Notes: generated by a model not told the origin, from the sequence alone. Numbered from the stretch's first letter, positions 42,025 through 52,726 are shown. The stretch is DNA of 64,000 nt from Paludibacteraceae bacterium (GCA_942493025.1 OW818663.1:2258-66257), one strand, 5' to 3'. Numbers and translations are program-made.

Positions 42025-43185
42025 ATGTCTAAGAGAGATTTTTACGAAATATTAGAAGTGTCCAAGTCGGCTTCTGCTGATGAAATCAAAAAGGCTTACC
42101 GCAAAAAAGCCATTCAGTTCCACCCGGATAAGAACCCGGGTGATAAACAGTCAGAGGAAAAATTCAAGGAAGCTGCAGAAGCGTATGAAATTCTAAGCGA
42201 TCCTCAGAAACGTCAGCGTTACGACCAATACGGTCATGCCGGAGTAGGTGGTGCTTCAGGTGGCGGCGGCTTCAATGGCGGCGGAATGAATATGGAAGAT
42301 ATATTCTCGCACTTTGGCGATATTTTTGGCGGTCATTTTGGTGGCGGCGGATTTGGCGGATTTGGTGGTGGTCAGCGCGGTGGCGGTCAGCGGGTTCGTA
42401 AAGGCTCTGATTTACGGGTGAAAGTGAAACTTACGCTTGCAGAAATTGCTGTAGGTGTTGAAAAGAAAATCAAAGTAAAAAAACAGGTTGCTTGTTCGCA
42501 TTGTAGTGGAACCGGTGCTGAAGCCGGATCTTCGTCTACAACTTGTACCACTTGTAATGGTCAGGGACGTGTTACCCGTGTGCAAAATACCATCTTAGGA
42601 CAGATGCAAACGGCAGCCGAATGTCCGACCTGTAATGGCGAAGGCAAAATTGTAAAAGATAAATGCAAGCACTGTAGTGGTGAAGGTGTTGTTCGCGAGG
42701 ATGAAGTAATTACTATCAATATTCCGGCAGGAGTAATGGAAGGTATGCAGCTGTCGGTTAGCGGAAAAGGAAATGCAGCGCGTAGGGGAGGAGTGAACGG
42801 TGATTTATTGGTGCTTGTTGAAGAAGAAGCTCACCCTGAATTAATACGTGATGAAAATGACCTGATATATAATCTTTTACTTACTGTGCCATTGGCAACG
42901 CTGGGTGGTTCTGTAGAAGTACCGACTGTGGAAGGAAAAGTGAAAGTAACGATTGCCCCCGGAACACAACCGGGTAAAGTGCTGCGCCTGCGTGGTAAAG
43001 GATTGCCAAGCGTAAACCGTTATGGTACCGGCGATTTGTTGGTAAATATTGGTGTTTATATACCTGAGAATCTGAATAAAGAAGAAAAAATAGTCATGGA
43101 GAAGCTTGGTAAATCGGATAACGTAAAACCAAATGCTGCTGCCTCAAAAAACTTTTTTCAACATTTTAGAAACATGTTTCAATAG
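42025..43185 (+). CDS. dnaJ: Chaperone DnaJ
   Basis: J domain with HPD, G/F-rich region, four CxxCxGxG zinc-finger repeats. Confidence 0.99.
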   Translation: MSKRDFYEILEVSKSASADEIKKAYRKKAIQFHPDKNPGDKQSEEKFKEAAEAYEILSDPQKRQRYDQYGHAGVGGASGGGGFNGGGMNMEDIFSHFGDIFGGHFGGGGFGGFGGGQRGGGQRVRKGSDLRVKVKLTLAEIAVGVEKKIKVKKQVACSHCSGTGAEAGSSSTTCTTCNGQGRVTRVQNTILGQMQTAAECPTCNGEGKIVKDKCKHCSGEGVVREDEVITINIPAGVMEGMQLSVSGKGNAARRGGVNGDLLVLVEEEAHPELIRDENDLIYNLLLTVPLATLGGSVEVPTVEGKVKVTIAPGTQPGKVLRLRGKGLPSVNRYGTGDLLVNIGVYIPENLNKEEKIVMEKLGKSDNVKPNAAASKNFFQHFRNMFQ

Positions 43186-43218
43186 ATTTTAGTGCAGGTA
43201 ATTTAACCTGACTATTTT

Positions 43219-43259
43219 ATAAAAAAATGCACAACTATTTTTAGCTGTGCATTTTTTAT
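43219..43259. terminator. Bidirectional terminator between dnaJ and the secreted GH13
   Basis: ATAAAAAAATGCACA...TGTGCATTTTTTAT. Confidence 0.8.
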
Positions 43260-43277
43260 ATATAAGTATGTCGCTTT

Positions 43278-46025
43278 TTATTGTTTTACAATTTTATAAC
43301 TTCCTTTTCCGTCCAAAGTACTTACTTCCATTAAGTATATACCTGTGCTTAACGTAGATAAATCTACTTCAGTTTGACTCGTTACAGTTTTTAGAAGCAG
43401 CCCCTGCATATTATAAACCTTTATCTCTTTTACAGCATTTGGAGTTGTAACGTAGACTTTGCCTGCGGTTACTGTTGGAAATACATTGCAATTGAGTAGT
43501 GTTTTTGGATTGTTGACTGCACTCGTGAAATTTACTTTCCTGTCAGTGTACAACAATAAATCGCCGGCTTGCATGCTAATTGTCATGCTTGTGTTGGTTA
43601 CATTCAGTTCTTCGCCGGTAAGTAAGTTATACCATATCCCTGTTTTGGGGAAGTTAGGGCTGGCGGTAATTGTTGCCGAAGCATTGAAGTTCCCCAGCAT
43701 AACCATGCTTAAATCTGCATGTGACAGTGCTATGCGACGTCCTGTGTTCCAGTCGGATTGCGAGACATTGATGGTATACGTTCCCTGCGTAAAGGCGTTC
43801 GGATATAATTTCTTCAGCGAAATGACTTTTGCACACGCGTCGGCTGCTGCTTTGCGATGTGCCAGGTTTAAATATCCCCATGCCGATGACTTCTCGTTTG
43901 TTCTGCCGCCGTTTGAATTAATAGAATAATCGTATCCCATTTCTCCAAATTGCCATATCATCTTAGGACCGGGCAGTAGTGCTGTGAAAGCTATATTTAG
44001 TGGCACTCGTTTGATGCGGGCAATAGAATCTGTTAAGATAACACCGACGCCATTTATCTTGGCATTATAAAAATTTCGCTCCTCGTCATGACTCTCGGCA
44101 TAACCCACCCAGTTGCGGGGAGTAGTGTTTAGATTTCCGAAATCGCTGCCCGTTTGGTATCCCATGGCTGATTGTGAGTAGTTATAGTTGGCATTCTTCC
44201 AAAGGTACATACCGCTATTGGCCAACACTGTTTCCTCCTCATTACTACAAAAATGTTCAAGAATAAACATTACATCACTTTTTACCGATTTAGCAGCATT
44301 GTAATAGGCGGTCAGATTGTCAATTCTCGATTGATCGTAATTCGATACGGCCGGCTCACCGGTAGTTGCTGTTTGAGTAAAACCTTTTGTTAAATCCATG
44401 CGGTATCCATCTACTTTGTACTCGGTAATCCAGTATTGAAGTACACGTTTAAAGTATTCTTTCGTTCCTGTAAAACTGTGATTAAAATCGTTTAAAACAC
44501 TGTATGGGTGTGGTGCAACGGGGTTCATCCAAGGGTTATCTGCTGCGGGTCTGTTATTAGTGCTATCCCAATAAAGCAATGCAAAAGGATTAATGCCCGA
44601 AGCCTGATTGAAAACCATATCCAAGAGTACAGCCATGCCTCGTTTGTGGCATTCATCTATAAATTTCTTGTACATTTCCGGTGTTCCATAGGCTTTGTCG
44701 GGTGCAAAATGGTGGTTTGAATTGTATCCCCAACTGTTATTTCCATCAAATTCTTGAATTGGCATTAGTTCGACAGCCGTAATTCCAAGGGTTTTCAGGT
44801 AATCGAGATGAGTGATGGCAGCTTCCAATGATTTTTGTGTTGTAAAATCGCGCAGAAGTAGTTCATAAATCACCATGTTCTCGCGCGGAGGCATTGCGAA
44901 TGTGGGAACTTCCCAACTGTAAGCAGTTTTCGTTGTTTGCAAGGTGGCTACTAAACCACTGGTTTTACCTTCAGGGTAAGCCTTTAGATTAGGGAAAATA
45001 GAATTGTATTGATTAATCCATTTATCATTCCAAGGATCCAGCACCAGCTCGGTGTACGGATCACTGATTCTCAATGTACCATCAACAAGGTACTGGTAGC
45101 CGTATAATTTACCGGCGGTTAACCCAGTAAGCGTAATCCACCAGTAATTTCCATCTTTTTTCAACTGATAGGTATTGGATTGCGTCCAATCGTTGAAATC
45201 TCCAATTAAAAAGACATTGCTTTTATTCGGAGCGTACAATACCAGTGTTGCTGTTGTAGGGTCAATTATATTGATACCGTCCTTTACACCTGCCGGGCGC
45301 GGTTCACTAATAACCGGTGCGGGAACACTTACTTTTACTGTGTCGTAAACAGTTGTTCCATTTGCAGTGGCCGATGCGATTAAGATATAATCGTTTACCG
45401 TGGCAAAATTATAAGAATAATTCAAACTTGTGGCTGCTGTGGCAGTTTGTACACTACTACCATTTATTTTAAGATTTATATCGGCGGTGGCTGATGCTCC
45501 AACCTGAATATTTAGAGTTGTTCCTGCTGTAACATTTAAATTTGTTGCCGGGTTAGTAAAAGCTATGTTTAGTCCTGCTTGATACACATTCACCATTATG
45601 TCGGCTCCACCGGTATCTTTGCCTTCTTTGGTGCTTAAGCCATTGCGGAACACAAAGGCCATTTTAGTAACCGTTTCGCCGGCAGTTAAGCCATAGTAAG
45701 TCGCCATGTCGGGTGTAATGGACAGCTTGTATTTATTGTTGCCAAGTGCTGTTAACTTGTATTTAGTCGCGTTATCGCCCCAGCTTGGTGCGTGTTTCCA
45801 ATCGGTGGCCGAAGTGCTGGCAGTGGTAATTACCCCTGTGTGGGCATAAATACCATCGGTGCCGGTATAATCTTTCAAGCCTGCTGTGCCTAAACTTGCA
45901 TCGTAAACAATATCAATCGCTCCACCGTTTTGAGTCACAAAAGTGGGTGTTGTTGTAATTATTTGCGCCCAACCGGCTAGAGATATTAATAGAAAGAGTA
46001 GCGAAGTAGTAATTGATTTTTTCAT
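43278..46025 (-). CDS. GH13 alpha-amylase-family enzyme with CBM48-like module and T9SS C-terminal sorting domain
   Basis: Signal peptide; LIGDFNDW; ELMPIQEF..SWGY; DGYRMDLTKGF, ILEH, ESHDEER catalytic D/E/D; C-terminal VFPT...YNMQG...LSTGIYLM..YKIVKQ. Confidence 0.92.
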   Translation of the reverse strand: MKKSITTSLLFLLISLAGWAQIITTTPTFVTQNGGAIDIVYDASLGTAGLKDYTGTDGIYAHTGVITTASTSATDWKHAPSWGDNATKYKLTALGNNKYKLSITPDMATYYGLTAGETVTKMAFVFRNGLSTKEGKDTGGADIMVNVYQAGLNIAFTNPATNLNVTAGTTLNIQVGASATADINLKINGSSVQTATAATSLNYSYNFATVNDYILIASATANGTTVYDTVKVSVPAPVISEPRPAGVKDGINIIDPTTATLVLYAPNKSNVFLIGDFNDWTQSNTYQLKKDGNYWWITLTGLTAGKLYGYQYLVDGTLRISDPYTELVLDPWNDKWINQYNSIFPNLKAYPEGKTSGLVATLQTTKTAYSWEVPTFAMPPRENMVIYELLLRDFTTQKSLEAAITHLDYLKTLGITAVELMPIQEFDGNNSWGYNSNHHFAPDKAYGTPEMYKKFIDECHKRGMAVLLDMVFNQASGINPFALLYWDSTNNRPAADNPWMNPVAPHPYSVLNDFNHSFTGTKEYFKRVLQYWITEYKVDGYRMDLTKGFTQTATTGEPAVSNYDQSRIDNLTAYYNAAKSVKSDVMFILEHFCSNEEETVLANSGMYLWKNANYNYSQSAMGYQTGSDFGNLNTTPRNWVGYAESHDEERNFYNAKINGVGVILTDSIARIKRVPLNIAFTALLPGPKMIWQFGEMGYDYSINSNGGRTNEKSSAWGYLNLAHRKAAADACAKVISLKKLYPNAFTQGTYTINVSQSDWNTGRRIALSHADLSMVMLGNFNASATITASPNFPKTGIWYNLLTGEELNVTNTSMTISMQAGDLLLYTDRKVNFTSAVNNPKTLLNCNVFPTVTAGKVYVTTPNAVKEIKVYNMQGLLLKTVTSQTEVDLSTLSTGIYLMEVSTLDGKGSYKIVKQ

Positions 46026-46129
46026 AATTGTGTCGATTTATAAAAGGTGCTTGTACCCTAATCAGCACAAATATACAGCAATATTCTACCTTGTGTTTTA
46101 TGCTTTATAAAGAAAGAATCTATTTTTAG

Positions 46130-46143
46130 TGCAAACGTTTGCA
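46130..46143. promoter_or_regulatory. LacI-type operator TGCAAACGTTTGCA
   Basis: Perfect palindrome upstream of the secreted GH13; -7 element TATATTTG at 46068-46075 (minus); same core at 57513. Confidence 0.8.
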
Positions 46144-46165
46144 TTGGTTGAATTTAATTGCGTAT

Positions 46166-46208
46166 CATCCTAAAAAAGTCCGAATTTAAATCGGACTTTT
46201 TTAGGATG
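46166..46208 (-). terminator. Terminator of the sus operon
   Basis: CATCCTAAAAAAGTCCGA-ATTTAAA-TCGGACTTTTTTAGGATG. Confidence 0.8.
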
Positions 46209-46252
46209 CACAACCAATGCAGGTTTGTGTCATAAATGAGTGGGCAGTTGTT

Positions 46253-48031
46253 TTATTTTGACAATATAAATTCTAAGGGAATGTGCAATCTACTGTTCCA
46301 TGATTTTTCGCTGTGATCATCCCCTGGAAAAAATGTAGTTACCCAGCTTTTTGCGGTGTATCCTTTGTTCCTCATAACTTCATCAATTCTTTTCTGTAAA
46401 GGCGGATACAGTGCGTCCAATGTTTTATCGCCGTAGTCAAAATAGATTTTGTGATTTTGTGGATTCGGCAAATGAGCTTTCATGTAGCTGGCAAATGCTT
46501 CCGGAATTGGATTATTGTCGACCGAAAAAATCCCCGGCCAGTGCGTTGACATACAGATGGCAGCTCCAAAGATAGTAGGATATTCACAAATGGCGTACAT
46601 TGATATTAATCCGCCCATGCTGCTTCCGGCAATAAAGGTATGACTCTTATCTTTATAAACCGGGTACTTTTTGTCGATATAAGGTTTCAGCTCTGCGACT
46701 ATAAATTTCAGGTAATTGTCTGACTCCGGTTTAAAAGTTTCGGTTGTATTTCCAGTGGGGAACAATTGCTTGTTTATAAAGTCCTTCTGCTCATCGGTTA
46801 GCGATTCGAATGGTTTTTGTGGAAAATAATCCGTGTGACGGGTTTTACCTCCATTGCTAATGCCCACGACGATGAAACCCTGTACTTTACCTTCACTCAG
46901 TAGTTTTGCTGCAACGTCATCCACATCCCAGGCCTGATGATTCCATGTAGTGGCGGCATCGTAAAGCATTTGACCATCGTGCATGTACAGTACTGCATAT
47001 TTCTTTTTTAAGCTATAGTTCTCAGGTAGCCAAACTTCTACATTTCTTGTTGAAATGTATTTTGATGGAAAGTTTTCGTACACATCAATGCGCCCTGAAA
47101 CTGGCTTTTGATGCTGAGTTTTAGGTAGTAGAAACTCAAGAGGAACATTCAACCGCTGACTCCATGCCACTTCATTGTGCTCAGCTTTGTCGTACACTTT
47201 TGACAGATAATTATTATCGTGATATTTTTTTCCCTTTGCAATTAAATCCACAAACGATTGTGTCATTTCATATGCTTTGTCACTTTCGCCGGTTCCATAA
47301 TCCATATAGATTTTATGCTCGTTTGCAGAGGCCATATTTTTCTTCAAATAGCCAAAAGTAGCTAATGGAATTTCATAATTTGGTTCAATCTGACTGAGCC
47401 AGGCCGTCGAGAGGCATGCAGCACCATTAAAAATGGTCGGATATTCCGAAATAGCATACATGGAAATTAAACCACCCATACTCGAACCCATTATGAAGGT
47501 GTGCTCCTTTTCAACGAACGTTGAAAAGTGATTGTCGATAAATGGTTTGACTTCCGAAACAATAAATTTTAAATAATTGTCGCCATTTGCCAATTTTCCG
47601 TTGCAGTATTTCTCCGACAGTTTTTTTTGAGTTTTTTCTTCTAATTGATTAAATATCTTGGTTGGAAAATATTCCGAGATGCGATCAGCACTATTGTTCC
47701 AAATTCCTACAACAATGCATTCTTCAATTTTACCTGATTTTATCAATTGAGAAACTACTTCGTCTACTTTCCATTCTTTTCTGTTCCATGTTTGTGTACT
47801 GTCAAACAACATTTGTCCATCGTGCATATATAGCACATTGTACTTTTTTGCAGAGCTGTAATCCTCTGGTAACCATATATCAATGTTTCTGGAGGCAATA
47901 TAAGAAGACGGGAAATTTTCAATACGCTCGACCTTTCCACTCGAAACTGAAAGTTTAGAATCGGTAATTACTTGCCCAAAGCTCACAATTGATAAGGCTA
48001 AGGCCAATAGTATTAAAAATTTCGTCTTCAT
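46253..48031 (-). CDS. Secreted alpha/beta-hydrolase (putative esterase) with two tandem catalytic domains
   Basis: Two copies each of LYMHDGQ, GSSMGGLIS (GxSxG) and H(N/S)E motifs; signal peptide. Confidence 0.88.
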   Translation of the reverse strand: MKTKFLILLALALSIVSFGQVITDSKLSVSSGKVERIENFPSSYIASRNIDIWLPEDYSSAKKYNVLYMHDGQMLFDSTQTWNRKEWKVDEVVSQLIKSGKIEECIVVGIWNNSADRISEYFPTKIFNQLEEKTQKKLSEKYCNGKLANGDNYLKFIVSEVKPFIDNHFSTFVEKEHTFIMGSSMGGLISMYAISEYPTIFNGAACLSTAWLSQIEPNYEIPLATFGYLKKNMASANEHKIYMDYGTGESDKAYEMTQSFVDLIAKGKKYHDNNYLSKVYDKAEHNEVAWSQRLNVPLEFLLPKTQHQKPVSGRIDVYENFPSKYISTRNVEVWLPENYSLKKKYAVLYMHDGQMLYDAATTWNHQAWDVDDVAAKLLSEGKVQGFIVVGISNGGKTRHTDYFPQKPFESLTDEQKDFINKQLFPTGNTTETFKPESDNYLKFIVAELKPYIDKKYPVYKDKSHTFIAGSSMGGLISMYAICEYPTIFGAAICMSTHWPGIFSVDNNPIPEAFASYMKAHLPNPQNHKIYFDYGDKTLDALYPPLQKRIDEVMRNKGYTAKSWVTTFFPGDDHSEKSWNSRLHIPLEFILSK

Positions 48032-48037
48032 GATTGT

Positions 48038-49885
48038 CTATTTTAATTCCAGTATGAGTACGTTTTCTTTTGGTAATAGAATGGGCGATGTGAGGTCAAA
48101 TGTTTTTTCTGACATTACATCTGTTCCTATTGTTTTGCCTTTTAGACTTTCTGCATAGCGATCAAGTTTAAGAGTCTGGTCGGTTAAGTTATTGTTGATA
48201 ATAACCATTATGTTCTCAGTGTTATTGTATCTGAAGTACACATAGATGTCATTTTCAGGGATGTAATGGGTCAATTGCCCCGTGTGAATTACCGGTTTGT
48301 TTTTTCGCCAGTTGAGTAGCTTTGCCAGATAGCTGTGGTACTCGTTTTGAATAGCTGTTCTACCATTGGGCGAAAAAGCATTAATTGAATCGCCACTCCA
48401 TCCACCGGGAAAATCATGTCGGATGTCGCCATCGCCTTTGTCTTTGTTGCCGGTCATGCCTATTTCAGTTCCGTAATAGAGTTGAGGTATGCCACGGGTG
48501 GTCATTAAAAACGACATGGCCATTTTATACTTGGTCAAATCTCCCTTTAATACATAGTTGTACCGTTGTGTGTCGTGATTTTCGGCAAAAACAAGCAAAT
48601 TGTTTACGTTAGCATATAAATAATCATTGGCAATAATAGTGTAGAGCCTGTTCATTCCCATTTCTTCCCACGATTTGCCATGTTCATTAAAACAAGTAGT
48701 GAGCGCTTTTTGGGTAATGAAATCCATAACTGTAGGTAGCTGTGAGTTGTATTTCAATGGGTTAGTGGCATCTTTTTGCCAAAAAGCAATATCCTGAGGG
48801 CTGGCGAGCCATGCTTCTCCCATAATATTGAAATGTGGATATTCGGTGGTAATGGCTTTTGCCCATTTAGCCATAGCATCCCGGTCGTTGTAGGGGTAAG
48901 TGTCCATTCGTATACCGTCCAGGTTGGCATATTCCACCCACCAAATTGAATTTTGAATATAATATGTCCAAAAATATGGATTTTGTTGGTTCATATCCGG
49001 CATACTGGTATCAAACCACCCATCGATAAATAGCTTTTTATCAATGGTTGAGGCATGAATATCTTTTAATGTAGAGGCTTTGTGGCTGGTGTAGGTAAAT
49101 TCTTTCCATTGGTGAATCCAGTCTTTCATAGGTAAATCTTTCATCCACCAGGCTCCAATTCCGCCATGGTTAGAAACCATATCCATAATTACTTTCAGAC
49201 CTTTTTGATGCGCAGCTGTCACGAATCCGGCGTATTCATTATTGCTGCCAAACCGTGGATCTATTTTGTAGAAATCGCTTATTGCATAGCCATGGTAGGT
49301 GTATTTTGTATGATTATTTTCCTGAACAGGCGTGCACCAAATGGCCGTAGCACCCAGCTCTTTGATATAATCCAAATTATCCTGAATTCCTTTGATGTCA
49401 CCACCATGACGTCCCGAATCGCTGGCGCGGTTGGCTTTTTCCGGTTGTGAATCTATATTGTCGTTTGATGTGTCACCATTTGCAAAACGATCGGGCATAA
49501 GCAAATAAATGACGTCTGAACTCGAAAACCCTTGCCGCTGAGCAGAATTTTGGCGTCTGGATTTTAGCTCATAGCTATAAGTGGCTTTTATTTTGCCATT
49601 TTGTTTGAAAAGAATATCAAACTTACCCGCTTTTGCCAGTTTAGCATCAATTAGCAAATCGACAAACAAGTAGTTTGGGTTTGAGACTTTGTTTACTTTA
49701 AGTAATTTTACACCAGGATAGTTGATGACAATTTGGTTTTTAGAGATGCTATCCCCATGCATTAATAATTGGAGTTGAGGATTTTTCATTCCTGTCCACC
49801 AAAAGGCAGGTTCAATGCGTTCGATTTGAGCACTAATACTCAATGAAACCAAACTAAAGATCAGGAGAAGTGCTTTTTTGTTCAT
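48038..49885 (-). CDS. susA: SusA-like GH13 neopullulanase/cyclomaltodextrinase
   Basis: RIEPAFWW, DVIYLLMPDRFANG, RHGGDIKG, MDMVSNH, DGIRMDTYPY, GEAW, ENHD. Confidence 0.9.
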   Translation of the reverse strand: MNKKALLLIFSLVSLSISAQIERIEPAFWWTGMKNPQLQLLMHGDSISKNQIVINYPGVKLLKVNKVSNPNYLFVDLLIDAKLAKAGKFDILFKQNGKIKATYSYELKSRRQNSAQRQGFSSSDVIYLLMPDRFANGDTSNDNIDSQPEKANRASDSGRHGGDIKGIQDNLDYIKELGATAIWCTPVQENNHTKYTYHGYAISDFYKIDPRFGSNNEYAGFVTAAHQKGLKVIMDMVSNHGGIGAWWMKDLPMKDWIHQWKEFTYTSHKASTLKDIHASTIDKKLFIDGWFDTSMPDMNQQNPYFWTYYIQNSIWWVEYANLDGIRMDTYPYNDRDAMAKWAKAITTEYPHFNIMGEAWLASPQDIAFWQKDATNPLKYNSQLPTVMDFITQKALTTCFNEHGKSWEEMGMNRLYTIIANDYLYANVNNLLVFAENHDTQRYNYVLKGDLTKYKMAMSFLMTTRGIPQLYYGTEIGMTGNKDKGDGDIRHDFPGGWSGDSINAFSPNGRTAIQNEYHSYLAKLLNWRKNKPVIHTGQLTHYIPENDIYVYFRYNNTENIMVIINNNLTDQTLKLDRYAESLKGKTIGTDVMSEKTFDLTSPILLPKENVLILELK

Positions 49886-49976
49886 AATGTCTCTTATTTA
49901 TAATTATTTTTAAGAAAAGAAAAGCCTGAACTTTTTAGGGAACAGACTTTTCTTGAGGGTTATTTAGCGCATTGAA

Positions 49977-51413
49977 TTATTTGAAATAATAGGTTTTGTC
50001 GATATCATTGTATAACACAGTGTAGGTTCCTGCTGTGATTGGGATATTTGAACCTTTTTCTACGCCAATTCCTACTGGGAATGAAGTTCCTCCCCAGTCG
50101 GTTGCCCAATTATTGTAATTGAACTTGATTCCGCCTGCTGCTGTAACAGTGATCTTAGCATACCAAATATGGCTGTTCATAGATGCACCTTTTGTCATTG
50201 GATTTGCCGCAGATGACCAACCGTTGAAATCTCCGGATAAACTCATTGAGCTATAAGTTGTAGGTGTTACTACAGCTGGAACAATAGTCAGAACATTTGT
50301 AATAGAGTTTAAATTGATAGTATAGTAGCCACTGGTTGGTACTGTAATATCACTTCCTGTGTTATGGGTGTAAACTCCATTTGTTACTCCCCATTGTTCA
50401 GCCCAACTACCCGGGTCGCGGATTAATTTAAACGCTTTTCCTGCTTCAAAATAGCCAGTGTATGTAAATTCTCCGTCACCGGCAATATTATATTTATTAC
50501 CTGTAACAACACTTAGAGGATATAATGCAACACCTAAGCCTGCTGTGGAGTTATTCCATGAACCATCACCAATTGCTGCTCCTACTAGGTACCATGGTCT
50601 TGGTGCTACTGCAGTGTAAGGCATAATGGCCATTACTGTAACATCAACATTTGCAATGACTGCATTGCCATTACCATCACTTACTGTGTAGCTAAAACTA
50701 TCAGCACCCGAATAACCAACTGTTGGCGTGTATTTTACTTTTCCATCAGTGTTTATGGTAACCGTACCGTGTGCAGCTGTTCCTACAGCCGATACCGTTA
50801 ATACATCTTTTTCAGGATCAGTATCGTTTCCAAGTACATCGATGTTGACAAAACCATTCATAGGAAGTGAAACGATATCGTTTACAGGCGTCGGAACATA
50901 ATTGTTTGGTGTTACCAATAATGAAGCAACTTTTGAGGTGTAAACTGTTTTCAGTCCACCTTTTACAATGTACGACAATAAACGAACATAAACTGTGCGT
51001 TGAACCGCATTCTTGTTGTAGGTTTTGATCGAATCGTTGAATTGTTTGCAGTCAACCGATACATCTGAGCCTGCTTTGCCATCGAATGTAATAGGGATGG
51101 TGATAAAGTTTGCAAATGTAGCAAGGTTGGTGAATTGAATTTTATATTCAGCTCTGGTAGCTGTGTCAACTCTGTTAAGCACCGACGAACAAGTAAGCAG
51201 CGCCAAAGGACTGGTCAATTTGTTTGTAGCTATTGTTAGCGGGCTGACGCCGGCTTTAAGTGCAGCTGCGAATCCTGTTGTGTCTTGAAGTGTTTCCTGA
51301 GTATAAGCAGTCGGGCTTGCCACCTTCTGATTGGCATACGGATCTTCACACGAGGTAAAGCTCAGGCCAATAACAACCGAAAATATGAATAATACTATTT
51401 TTTTCATTTTCAA
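49977..51413 (-). CDS. SusE/SusF-like surface lipoprotein with an inserted Ig-like domain
   Basis: Lipobox FTSC followed by acidic residues; Trp-rich PWYLVG, WAEQWG, GDFNGW, WATDWG modules. Confidence 0.8.
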   Translation of the reverse strand: MKMKKIVLFIFSVVIGLSFTSCEDPYANQKVASPTAYTQETLQDTTGFAAALKAGVSPLTIATNKLTSPLALLTCSSVLNRVDTATRAEYKIQFTNLATFANFITIPITFDGKAGSDVSVDCKQFNDSIKTYNKNAVQRTVYVRLLSYIVKGGLKTVYTSKVASLLVTPNNYVPTPVNDIVSLPMNGFVNIDVLGNDTDPEKDVLTVSAVGTAAHGTVTINTDGKVKYTPTVGYSGADSFSYTVSDGNGNAVIANVDVTVMAIMPYTAVAPRPWYLVGAAIGDGSWNNSTAGLGVALYPLSVVTGNKYNIAGDGEFTYTGYFEAGKAFKLIRDPGSWAEQWGVTNGVYTHNTGSDITVPTSGYYTINLNSITNVLTIVPAVVTPTTYSSMSLSGDFNGWSSAANPMTKGASMNSHIWYAKITVTAAGGIKFNYNNWATDWGGTSFPVGIGVEKGSNIPITAGTYTVLYNDIDKTYYFK

Positions 51414-51447
51414 TATGTTTTATAATGAATAATTAGTTCTTTTCAAC

Positions 51448-51482
51448 GCGTACTGCAGGTTTAAAGTGCAGTACGCATTTCT
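51448..51482 (-). other. Strong intercistronic hairpin between the two SusE/F-like genes
   Basis: GCGTACTGCA-GGTTTAAAG-TGCAGTACGC. Confidence 0.65.
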
Positions 51483-51483
51483 T

Positions 51484-52689
51484 TTATTTTTTAATAAAGA
51501 AGTAGCAATTATCAATATCATTGAACATCACAGTGTATGTGCCTGCATTTTCAATCATGTTTTGACCACCACCTACGCCTAGTCCTATTACTGAGTATTT
51601 TGCTTCTCCGGGGCCATCTGATTTACCTCCGGTTCCCCAGTTATTTGTCCAGCTCGCATCTGCACGCAGTTTTAATTGAGAAGATTCTGTCAATGTCAAT
51701 GCACCTGACCAAAAGTGTTTTGAAGCACTTGCGTTTCCTGTTAGGTTGACATCGGCGCCCCAACCGTTAAATGCTCCAATAATTCCAATCGAATTATATG
51801 TTGCAGGAGTCTTAGTATATGGTTCAATTTTCATTTTTTTGTCAATTGAATTCATAGTAATTTTATAGTATCCATCAGAAGGAACTGTAATATTACCTCC
51901 ACCATTATATACATAACTTGCTCCGGTCATACCCCAGATGTCATTAGCCCAGTCGCCAATGTTGCGTAGAATTTTAAATCCGGCAGAAGCTTTGAAATAT
52001 CCGGTGTAAATAAATTCCCCATCGCCATTCAAATTGTATTTACTGCCATCTTGAATACTTAGAGGAATAAGCGAAGTGCCTACACCAGAAGGAGAGTTAT
52101 TCCAAACACCATCCAATCCAACGATATACCATAGTCTTGGACTAACTTCAGTATAAGGGAACAATGGTAAAACGTAAGGTTTTATATTCATTACAACTGA
52201 ATTTGAATATAATGATTTTACAGTTGGAGTTGTTACTAGCGGAGTAGAGGTTGCTCCACTAACATTTGCAACCAATCTGATATATACATCCTTTTTTACG
52301 ATTGGATCTGGCAAAGCTCCTCCATAAAGTGCAATAATCGCAATGTCTAATTCTTTTACATTGATTGCCACTTTTTCGCCATTCACAGTGCTTGGTAGGC
52401 TTTGAAATTTACCTGCTGCAAAATTTGCATCGAAACAAACCTGTGCAGTGTAAGTTACCGCTGCAGTAAATCCATAATTGGGTTGAACACAGGTAAGTGA
52501 GTCCATGCTCAATGTGGAATTAGCATCAGTCAGTTCATACGTTGAATTTGTATATCGGGTTTGGTTTAGTTTGAATGTCAAACTTCCATCCAATGCTCCG
52601 CTGTTTATTACAGGATCTTTTGCATCTTCGCACGAAGAAAATCCAATTAAACTTAGCAAAACAATAAATAATATATTTAATTTTTTCAT
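51484..52689 (-). CDS. SusE-domain surface lipoprotein
   Basis: Lipobox FSSC-EDAKD, QPNYGFTAAVTY, WYIVG, IGIIGAFNGW, KLRADASWTNNWG. Confidence 0.85.
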   Translation of the reverse strand: MKKLNILFIVLLSLIGFSSCEDAKDPVINSGALDGSLTFKLNQTRYTNSTYELTDANSTLSMDSLTCVQPNYGFTAAVTYTAQVCFDANFAAGKFQSLPSTVNGEKVAINVKELDIAIIALYGGALPDPIVKKDVYIRLVANVSGATSTPLVTTPTVKSLYSNSVVMNIKPYVLPLFPYTEVSPRLWYIVGLDGVWNNSPSGVGTSLIPLSIQDGSKYNLNGDGEFIYTGYFKASAGFKILRNIGDWANDIWGMTGASYVYNGGGNITVPSDGYYKITMNSIDKKMKIEPYTKTPATYNSIGIIGAFNGWGADVNLTGNASASKHFWSGALTLTESSQLKLRADASWTNNWGTGGKSDGPGEAKYSVIGLGVGGGQNMIENAGTYTVMFNDIDNCYFFIKK

Positions 52690-52726
52690 ATTGTTACTAT
52701 TTTATTAGTTATATATAAATGCCTAA

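Noticed and set aside
32951-43185. ruvA-sprA adjacency and grpE-dnaJ without dnaK
   Set aside because: Both are, to my knowledge, common arrangements in Bacteroidota, not novelties.
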